DNA of 64,000 bases from an uncultured Bifidobacterium sp. Its GTDB lineage: Bacteria; Verrucomicrobiota; Verrucomicrobiia; Limisphaerales; JADLHS01. The notes beneath the pieces were generated by a model. That model ran no database searches, had not been told where the DNA came from, and saw only the letters and a program-made list of their open reading frames with translations. The position numbers and the translations under genes were made by a program. How positions within the stretch are numbered: the first letter of the stretch is position 1; each line of letters starts with the position of its first letter. This document shows positions 1 to 6,678 of this stretch, in pieces. The stretch spans positions 33,172 to 97,171 of the forward strand of contig CAZIJO010000001.1 in NCBI GenBank assembly GCA_964539515.1. The letters are read 5' to 3'.

Positions 1-168
1 TTCGAGTCCGTCGTTGCCGGCGTGGAGTCCTTCCACGAAAACGGCAAGGCGTGCGGTCCGGCGGATTGCACGGCGGGCGGGCTGGACGCGGCGGTGGATG
101 CTCAAGGGCGGATTTATATCCTGGACCTGGTCACCAGCGATGTGCGCGTGATGAAACCCAAGGCATGA
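1..168 (+). CDS. 3' end of a beta-propeller (NHL-like) repeat protein, truncated by the window edge
   Basis: Frame 1 is open from nt 1 to TGA 166-168 (...DAQGRIYILDLVTSDVRVMKPKA*). GRIYILD...RV resembles a terminal NHL-type repeat. The stop overlaps the next ATG (ATGA at 165-168). Confidence 0.45.
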   Translation, partial: FESVVAGVESFHENGKACGPADCTAGGLDAAVDAQGRIYILDLVTSDVRVMKPKA

Positions 169-740
169 GCGAAAAGCAAAAATCCGATTCGCCGACCACG
201 CGCCGCACCTTCCTGCGGAACGGCGCCCGAATCGCGGCGATGACCGGGCTTGGCGCGCTGGCCGGCGTGGTGGCCAGCCGGAGTACGGCCGAGGGTTGGG
301 TCTGGCAGATTGATCCGCAGAAATGCCTCCGCTGCGGCAATTGCGCCACGAAGTGCGTGCTCGAACAGTCCGCGGTGAAGTGTGTCCATGCGTTCGCCAT
401 GTGCGGCTATTGCAATCTCTGCACTGGTTACTTCGAGCCGGAGCCGAACGCGCTCACGACCGCGGCCGAGAACCAACTCTGCCCGACGGGGGCCATCCAA
501 CGTTCGTTCGTGGAGGATCCGTATTACGAATATCGAATTGACGAAAAGCTTTGCATCGGTTGCGCCAAATGCGTCGAGGGTTGCAATCGCTTCGGCAACG
601 GTTCCCTGTTCCTGCAAATCCGTCACGACCGCTGTGTGCATTGCAACGAGTGCGCCATCGCCCGCACCTGTCCCGGCGACGCCTTCCGCCGCGTCCCGGT
701 CAGCCAGCCGTATCTGCTCAAGACCACCCACGCGCACTGA
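165..740 (+). CDS. Tat-exported multi-cluster 4Fe-4S ferredoxin (NapG-like)
   Basis: ATG 165. Twin-arginine signal SPTTRRTFLRNGARIAAMTGLGALAG. Ferredoxin Cys motifs CLRCGNCATKC, CGYCNLC..CPTGA, CIGCAKCVEGC, CVHCNECAIARTCP. The longer GTG-51 form in the ORF track is Gly/Arg-rich and overlaps the upstream CDS. Confidence 0.85.
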   Translation: MSEKQKSDSPTTRRTFLRNGARIAAMTGLGALAGVVASRSTAEGWVWQIDPQKCLRCGNCATKCVLEQSAVKCVHAFAMCGYCNLCTGYFEPEPNALTTAAENQLCPTGAIQRSFVEDPYYEYRIDEKLCIGCAKCVEGCNRFGNGSLFLQIRHDRCVHCNECAIARTCPGDAFRRVPVSQPYLLKTTHAH

Positions 741-742
741 CC

Positions 743-2161
743 ATGCATGATTTACGATTTACGATTTGTGGTTTACGCGCCGCACATCCAACCACGCGTA
801 AATCGTACATCGTAAATCGTAAACTTCTTCGGCTGCTCCTGGGTGTGGTCACGCTAGCCACGTTACCGCTGGTGAACCTGTCCTCCCTCGCGGAATCCCG
901 CTTCCCGCCGCCGGATTTCAGCGAAACGAACCATCAGCTGCCCTTCACCACCACACCGCCGGCCCGGGCAGAATGGTTGCAATACCTTGACGTTGCCGTG
1001 CTGGCCGGCGGCTTGATCGTTGCGGTCTGGTTGATCTACCAACGCCGATCGCGCCGCGGGCTCTTCTGGCTTTCGCTGTTTTCGCTCGCGTATTTCGGTT
1101 TCTGGCGATTGGGTTGCATCTGCGCCATTGGCGCGCCGCAAAACATCATTCTGGGTCTGTTCGATGCCGGCTACACGGTGCCGCTGACGGTTATCGCGTT
1201 TTTTGCCCTGCCGCTGGTCGTCGCCCTGTTCGCCGGCCGCGCGTTCTGCGCCGGCGTCTGTCCGCATGGGGCGTTGCAGGATTTGTTGCTGATCAAACCG
1301 GTCAAAGTCCCCGCCTGGTTGGAACACGCCCTTGGGGTTTTGCCGTTCATCTTTCTCGGTTTCGGTCTCTCCTTTGCCGCCACCGGCACGGGTTTTCCGA
1401 TCTGCCGCTACGATCCGATCGTGCCGGTTTTCCGGCTGAACGGTCCGGGCCTGCTCATCGCTTTGGCGGCATTCACGCTCATCCTGGGAATGTTTGTGGG
1501 GCGACCCTACTGCCGCTTCCTTTGTCCCTATGGCGCCCTGCTCAAACTCGCCGCGCTCGCCTCGAAATGGCGCGTGCGTGTCACCCCCGACCTCTGCACC
1601 CAATGCCAGCTCTGCGCGAACGCCTGTCCGTTTGGGGCGATGCGCGAGCCGTCGTCCGGCACCGTCGAACCCAAACGGCTCGGGCCCGAACGCCGCCGGC
1701 TCGGCGGGCTCGTCCTGCTGGTGCCGGTGCTGATCGCGGGCGGCGCCGGGCTGGGCAGCCAGCTGGCCGTGCCGGTTTCGAAATTGAATCCGACCGTCGA
1801 ACTCGCCGAGCGCCACCTCCGCCAGCAAGAAAAACGCATGGATTACGGCGTGATGACGCCCGAGACGCTCTCCCTTCAGCGTGCCGAAAACGATCCCGGG
1901 GCGTTGCTGAAATCCGCCACCGACCTGCGCCGTCGCTTCGGGTGGGCGTGTATCGCTTTTGGTGGCTGGGTCGGCTTGGTGTTGGGCGTGAAGCTGGTGA
2001 GTCTCTCAGTGCGGACCTTGCGCACGGATTTCGAGCCGGACCGGGGAGCCTGTTTCGCTTGCGCCCGGTGTTTTCGTTCTTGTCCGCAGGAACTGGTGCG
2101 CGCGGGACTGATGCCCGCGAATGAGCTGCCCCCGGCGACAGCGACGGGCGTGACAACATGA
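743..2161 (+). CDS. Membrane polyferredoxin of the NapH/MauN/NosR type
   Basis: Two CX3CP motifs in the hydrophobic region (FCAGVCPHGALQD, YCRFLCPYGALLK), CTQCQLCANACP, and a distal CFACARCFRSCP after two more hydrophobic helices. The start is uncertain: ATG 743 puts the heptad palindrome inside codons 3-27. Confidence 0.8.
   Translation: MHDLRFTICGLRAAHPTTRKSYIVNRKLLRLLLGVVTLATLPLVNLSSLAESRFPPPDFSETNHQLPFTTTPPARAEWLQYLDVAVLAGGLIVAVWLIYQRRSRRGLFWLSLFSLAYFGFWRLGCICAIGAPQNIILGLFDAGYTVPLTVIAFFALPLVVALFAGRAFCAGVCPHGALQDLLLIKPVKVPAWLEHALGVLPFIFLGFGLSFAATGTGFPICRYDPIVPVFRLNGPGLLIALAAFTLILGMFVGRPYCRFLCPYGALLKLAALASKWRVRVTPDLCTQCQLCANACPFGAMREPSSGTVEPKRLGPERRRLGGLVLLVPVLIAGGAGLGSQLAVPVSKLNPTVELAERHLRQQEKRMDYGVMTPETLSLQRAENDPGALLKSATDLRRRFGWACIAFGGWVGLVLGVKLVSLSVRTLRTDFEPDRGACFACARCFRSCPQELVRAGLMPANELPPATATGVTT
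749..823. repeat. Imperfect ~30-bp inverted repeat built from 7-bp units (TTTACGA x4 / TCGTAAA x4) around a 16-nt spacer
   Basis: Left arm is GATTTACGATTTACGATTTGTGGTTTACGCG. Right arm is CGCGTAAATCGTACATCGTAAATCGTAAAC. Aligning left arm against the reverse complement of the right arm by hand gives 25 of 30 matches. Confidence 0.8.
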
Positions 2162-4005
2162 CAAATCCTTCCGCCAAACTGAATCCAGCCGATTTGGACG
2201 GCGGCGGGAAGCCCAGCGCCACGCAGCCTCCAGCAAACCCGGCATCGCCCGAAAAAGTGGTGTCGTTGCTGCGCCCTGCTACCATCGTCCGAAATGTCGG
2301 CGCGCTTGCGCGTGCCGCCTGGATGGCAGCTGCCTTTTGTCTGCTGCTCTGCGCGGCGATGCTTTATCAACACCGGATCGCAGCCGAGCATGATCCGTGG
2401 AAATCGCCTCAGCTGCTGGCGCTGAAGGCGAAACTGCGGGCGGCCCCGGCGGATGAAGCCCTGCGGGATGAAATCCGTCAGCTCGATCTCAAATTTCGCC
2501 AGCGCTATTTCCGCCGTCTGGCGCTCAATGTCACCGGCGGCTGGCTGCTGGTCGCCGGGGTCGGAGTGCTGTTGGTGGCCGCAAGATCAGCCGGGCGCCT
2601 GACCCAACCGCTCCCCCGGCCGCAGCGCCGGACAGACGCCCAATCGCTTGCCTGGCTGGCGGCGTCCCGGGCGCGGTGGGGGGTGACCGGCATCGGCGCG
2701 GTCGTCGTCACGGGTTTGCTGGCACTGGCGTGTACGAGCCAATCCCCGTTGTCGGATCGCGCTGCGGACCCCAACCAGCTGCTCGCCGGCGGTGCAGGCG
2801 CGGCCGCCGATGTTCCGTCCCTGGCCGAGTTCCTGGCCAACTGGCCGAGCTTCCGGGGCGCCGACGGCGGCGGTGCGCGGAAAGCCGATTGGATCCTTAA
2901 TTTCGACGCGGCGTCCGGTGGGTCTGTCGTCTGGAAATCGCCGGTCCCCGCGCCCGGTTTCAATTCGCCGGTCGTTTGGAGTAATCGGATCTTTATTTCC
3001 GGCGGTGACGTGAAGAAGCGCGAAGTGTTTGCCTACGACGCCGGGGACGGAAAACTGCTCTGGCAACGCGCCGTCGCGAATGTGCCCGGCAGTCCGGCCA
3101 CTTTGCCCGAGATTCCCGATGCCACCGGTTACGCTGCCCCAACGATGGCCACGGATGGTCGGCGGGCCTTTGTGCTGTTTGCCAACGGCGATCTTGCGGC
3201 ATTCAAGTTCGACGGAATGCTCGCCTGGGCGAAGCACATCGGCGTGCCGAAGAACATGTATGGCCATGCCAGTTCGCTGGCCATCGCGCCGGGCAAACTC
3301 ATTGTGCAACTCGATCAGGATGAGGGCGCGCCTGGTGGTTCGAAGCTACTGGCTTTCGACTGCGCGACGGGACGCCAGCTTTGGGAACGCCCCAAGCCCA
3401 CACACGGTTCCTGGGCGTCACCCATTATCGTCGAAGCGGCGGGCAAGTCCCAGATCATCACGCTGGCGCTGCCGTTCGTAATGAGTTCGTCCCTCGCCGA
3501 CGGCAATGAGTTGTGGCGGGCGGAACTGATGGAAGGCGAAATCACGCCCTCGCCCGTTTTTGCGGGGGGATGGCTGATCGTGGTCAATCCGGGGAACAAA
3601 CTGTTCGCGCTTCGTCCGGACGGCGCCGGTGACGTCTCCAAATCCCACGTCGGGTGGACAGCCGAGGACAGCATTCCCGATGTAACCAGTCCGGTCAGCA
3701 ACGGGGAATTGGTTTTTACCGTGACGAGTGGCGGGGTGCTAACGTGTTTTGACCTCAAGGACGGAAAACTAATCTGGCAAAAGGAATTGGAGCTGGAGGT
3801 GCAATCGTCCCCGGCCATTATCGGCAGCCAGTTGTTTGTGCTCGGCACCAAGGGTCAGGCCGTCCTGATGAGCGTGGGCCGGGAATTCAAGGAAGTGGGC
3901 CGGGTCAAGTTTGACGACACGTTCCACGCCAGCCCGGCGATGGCGAACAACCACCTGTATCTGCGCGGGGCGACCAACCTGTGGTGTCTGGGGGAAAAGA
4001 AATGA
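2158..4005 (+). CDS. Membrane-anchored PQQ-like/BamB-family beta-propeller repeat protein
   Basis: ATGA overlap with the previous stop. Three hydrophobic helices lie in the first ~230 aa. Repeated propeller blades follow with ...G(K/R/N)xLW(Q/E/R)... motifs (LLWQRAV, RQLWERPK, NELWRAEL, KLIWQKEL). Confidence 0.85.
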   Translation: MTNPSAKLNPADLDGGGKPSATQPPANPASPEKVVSLLRPATIVRNVGALARAAWMAAAFCLLLCAAMLYQHRIAAEHDPWKSPQLLALKAKLRAAPADEALRDEIRQLDLKFRQRYFRRLALNVTGGWLLVAGVGVLLVAARSAGRLTQPLPRPQRRTDAQSLAWLAASRARWGVTGIGAVVVTGLLALACTSQSPLSDRAADPNQLLAGGAGAAADVPSLAEFLANWPSFRGADGGGARKADWILNFDAASGGSVVWKSPVPAPGFNSPVVWSNRIFISGGDVKKREVFAYDAGDGKLLWQRAVANVPGSPATLPEIPDATGYAAPTMATDGRRAFVLFANGDLAAFKFDGMLAWAKHIGVPKNMYGHASSLAIAPGKLIVQLDQDEGAPGGSKLLAFDCATGRQLWERPKPTHGSWASPIIVEAAGKSQIITLALPFVMSSSLADGNELWRAELMEGEITPSPVFAGGWLIVVNPGNKLFALRPDGAGDVSKSHVGWTAEDSIPDVTSPVSNGELVFTVTSGGVLTCFDLKDGKLIWQKELELEVQSSPAIIGSQLFVLGTKGQAVLMSVGREFKEVGRVKFDDTFHASPAMANNHLYLRGATNLWCLGEKK

Positions 4006-4032
4006 GCGATCCGATCCTGGTTGAATCATCAA

Positions 4033-6678
4033 ATGCCCATTGACCTGACCATTGCGGACGAGGCCGTGGCACGCATAGGCCGCAAGCCCGAAGCGTTGAT
4101 CCCGATCTTGCAAGCGTTGCAGGAGCGTTACGGCTATCTGCCGGAGGCGGCGTTGCGTCGCGTCTGCGAGACAACGCAGATCAAGCCCGCAGCGGTCATG
4201 GGCGTGGCATCGTTCTATGACATGTTCCGGATGCAGCCCACCGGCAAACATGTGGTGCGGGTGTGCCGGGGGACGGCCTGTCACGTGGCCGGCGCGGAGC
4301 GCGTGGAGGACGCGCTGCGGCGGCATCTGCAAATTCCCAATGACGCCGATACCGATCGCGACGGGCAGTTCACCATCGAACAGGTCGCGTGCCTGGGCAC
4401 ATGCACCCTCGCACCGGTGGTACGCATTGGCGAATCCACGATGGGTTATGCCACCGCCGAAAAAGTGCCCGAGCTGATGCGGGATTTTCTCGCGAGCCAG
4501 GCCATGGCAACGACCGTGAAGTCCACCGAAGGCAAGGGCGGCAATGGGGGTGCCGGCATCGCCGAAATCCACGTCGGGCTCGGCTCGTGTTGCATGGCGA
4601 AGGGGAGCGACCGTCTGTTTCATGCCCTGCGCGAGAGCGCGGCGACGGGGGGCGTAAACGTGGTGGTGAAGCGGGTGGGGTGCGTGGGGATGTGCCATCG
4701 GACGCCGATGGTTGAGGTCGCGACGCCGGGGGGCAAAGGTGAGTTTTACGCCGGGCTTTCGCCGGAGCAGGCCCGGGCGTTGGTCCAACGGCATTTCAAA
4801 CCGCGCGGTTTGGTCCAGCGCGCGAGTCGGCTTTGGACGCGCGTTTTGGATGGCTTGTTACTCGACGACACGGGCGAGCAACGCAAGGTGCAGCATTTCT
4901 CGATGAGCAAGCGCGACCCGGCGGTGCGGGCGTTTCTGGACCGGCAGGTCCACATCGCCACGGAACATTTCGGACGGCTGGACCCGTTGGATTTGGACGA
5001 GTATTTGGCGAACGATGGATTTGCCGCGTTGGCGAAATGTTTGGGTAGTGATTTGAACAACCGCCCTCACCCCAACCCTCTCCCCCAAGGGAGGGGGAAT
5101 GGTTCGCCAGCGTTTGAAAAGGCGAAAATCGGAGATGACCCAGGGGTGTTGGAGCGATCCGTAGACGGACGACTGCTGTTCCCTCTCCCTGGGGGAGAGG
5201 GTCAGGGTGAGGGCGAGCGTGGCTCGCAAAGTGAAATTGCTCAGAGCATCCTGCCATCGGCAGTTACGCGGGAAGCCATCATCTCAACGATCGAGAAATC
5301 CGGGTTGCGCGGGCGGGGTGGGGCGGGATTTCCCTCCGGACAAAAATGGCGCGTCGTTGCCCAGCAAGCCGGTGATACAAAATATGTGATCTGCAACGGC
5401 GACGAGGGCGATCCCGGGGCCTTCATGGACCGGATGATACTCGAATCATTTCCCTACCGGGTCATTGAAGGGCTGGCGATTGCGGCGGTGGCGGTCGGAG
5501 CGCGTGAAGGGATTTTCTACATCCGTCACGAGTATCCGCTGGCGGTGAAGCGGGTGCGCGCAGCCATTGCCGAATTGGAGCAACGGGGCTGGTTGGGGGA
5601 AAGACTGCTGGGGGTGGGAGCGTTCCTAACCCCATCCTCTTCCCCATCTGATGGAGAGCGGGTGGCGAAGCCGGGTGAGGGGTTGGCGGCTGGCTACCCG
5701 CTCAAGCTCTCGGTTTTCGAGGGCGCCGGCGCGTTTGTTTGCGGCGAAGAGACGGCGTTGATCGCTTCCATCGAAGGCGAGCGTGGCATGCCGAAGTTGC
5801 GCCCGCCGTTTCCAGCGCAGGAAGGACTCTGGGACAAGCCGACGCTCATCAATAATGTCGAGACGCTGGCCATGGTGCCGTGGATCCTGCGGAACGGGGC
5901 GGAGCAGTTTGCCGCCATCGGTACCGCCAAGAGCAAAGGCACGAAGGTTTTTGCCCTGGCGGGCAAGATCCGCCGCGGCGGCCTCATTGAAGTCCCGATG
6001 GGGACAACGATTCGCGAGATCGTGGAGGAAATTGGTGGCGGCGCGGCGGAGGGGCGGCGGTTCAAGGCGGTCCAGATCGGCGGGCCGAGCGGGGGCTGCG
6101 TCCCGGCGCGGCTCGCGGACACCCCGGTGGATTTTGAATCGTTGCGCGAAGTGGGTGCGATCATGGGCAGCGGCGGACTGGTGGTGCTCGACGACACCAG
6201 CTGCATGGTGGACATCGCGCGGTATTTCCTCCAGTTCACGCAGGATCAATCCTGCGGCAAATGCACGTTCTGTCGCATCGGGACCAAACGGATGCTCGAC
6301 ATCCTCGAGCGCCTTTGCACCGGCAAAGCGACCCGCTCCCACCTCGAAGAACTCGAACGGCTCGCGGCCCAGGTCGGGGCCGGCAGCTTGTGCGGGCTGG
6401 GTAAAACCGCCCCCAATCCGGTGCTGACGACGCTCCGTTATTTCCGCGAAGAGTACGAAGCGCACCTGCAAGGCCGTTGTCCCGCGCGTAAATGCACCGC
6501 GCTGATCCATTACACGATCAACGCCGATTGCACCGGTTGCACCCTCTGCGCGCAGCAGTGTCCGGTGGAAGCGATCCCGATGCTGCCGTACGCCCGGCAC
6601 GTGATTGATGACGCCAAGTGTACCCGATGCGACACATGTCGGCTGGTGTGTCCGCATAATGCCGTGGAGTTGAAATGA
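4033..6678 (+). CDS. NuoE-NuoF fusion flavoprotein (HydC/HydB- or HoxE/HoxF-like NAD(P)H dehydrogenase module) with C-terminal 2x[4Fe-4S] ferredoxin
   Basis: NuoE-type 2Fe-2S (CRGTACHVAG...CLGTCTLAPV). A second thioredoxin-like 2Fe-2S (GSCCMAKG...CVGMCHRTP). NuoF motifs GLRGRGGAGFPSGQKW, ICNGDEGDPGAFMDR, CGKCTFCRIG. Terminal CTGCTLCAQQCP / CTRCDTCRLVCP. The ORF track starts at TTG 4021; ATG 4033 is preferred but not proven. Confidence 0.9.
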   Translation: MPIDLTIADEAVARIGRKPEALIPILQALQERYGYLPEAALRRVCETTQIKPAAVMGVASFYDMFRMQPTGKHVVRVCRGTACHVAGAERVEDALRRHLQIPNDADTDRDGQFTIEQVACLGTCTLAPVVRIGESTMGYATAEKVPELMRDFLASQAMATTVKSTEGKGGNGGAGIAEIHVGLGSCCMAKGSDRLFHALRESAATGGVNVVVKRVGCVGMCHRTPMVEVATPGGKGEFYAGLSPEQARALVQRHFKPRGLVQRASRLWTRVLDGLLLDDTGEQRKVQHFSMSKRDPAVRAFLDRQVHIATEHFGRLDPLDLDEYLANDGFAALAKCLGSDLNNRPHPNPLPQGRGNGSPAFEKAKIGDDPGVLERSVDGRLLFPLPGGEGQGEGERGSQSEIAQSILPSAVTREAIISTIEKSGLRGRGGAGFPSGQKWRVVAQQAGDTKYVICNGDEGDPGAFMDRMILESFPYRVIEGLAIAAVAVGAREGIFYIRHEYPLAVKRVRAAIAELEQRGWLGERLLGVGAFLTPSSSPSDGERVAKPGEGLAAGYPLKLSVFEGAGAFVCGEETALIASIEGERGMPKLRPPFPAQEGLWDKPTLINNVETLAMVPWILRNGAEQFAAIGTAKSKGTKVFALAGKIRRGGLIEVPMGTTIREIVEEIGGGAAEGRRFKAVQIGGPSGGCVPARLADTPVDFESLREVGAIMGSGGLVVLDDTSCMVDIARYFLQFTQDQSCGKCTFCRIGTKRMLDILERLCTGKATRSHLEELERLAAQVGAGSLCGLGKTAPNPVLTTLRYFREEYEAHLQGRCPARKCTALIHYTINADCTGCTLCAQQCPVEAIPMLPYARHVIDDAKCTRCDTCRLVCPHNAVELK
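5063..5214. repeat. REP-doublet/MITE-like palindromic element lying in-frame inside the NuoEF gene
   Basis: Arms are GCCCTCACCCCAACCCTCTCCCCCAAGGGAGGGGG (5063-5097) and CCCTCTCCCTGGGGGAGAGGGTCAGGGTGAGGGC (5181-5214). They are reverse complements at ~31/35 positions. The right arm itself folds as CCCTCTCCC-TGG-GGGAGAGGG. Translated, the element gives PHPNPLPQGRGN...PLPGGEGQGEGE. Confidence 0.8.
5625..5685. repeat. Second short GC-rich palindromic repeat unit in-frame inside the NuoEF gene
   Basis: CCTAACCCC...GGGGTTGG termini pair with one bulge. There is an internal CCATCTGATGG palindrome. The element translates to LTPSSSPSDGERVAKPGEGL and interrupts the conserved segment just upstream of GAGAFVCGEETAL. 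Confidence 0.6.

Noticed and set aside
51-164. GTG-51 extension of the ferredoxin ORF.
   Set aside because: The peptide is Gly/Arg-rich and overlaps the upstream CDS. The Tat signal follows directly after ATG 165, which is ATGA-coupled to the upstream stop.
863-1828. 321-aa ORF antisense to the NapH-like gene. It is representative of many long antisense or off-frame ORFs in the track.
   Set aside because: The translation is Arg/Gly/Pro/Ala-rich and of low complexity. It lies opposite a gene with clear Fe-S and TM motifs. This is the typical shadow ORF of high-GC DNA.
5055-5250. Possibility that the ~65-aa insert in NuoEF is an intein or a genuine extra domain.
   Set aside because: No intein splice-junction residues or blocks are present. 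The DNA has terminal inverted repeats and hairpins typical of REP/MITE elements, and the peptide is of low complexity.
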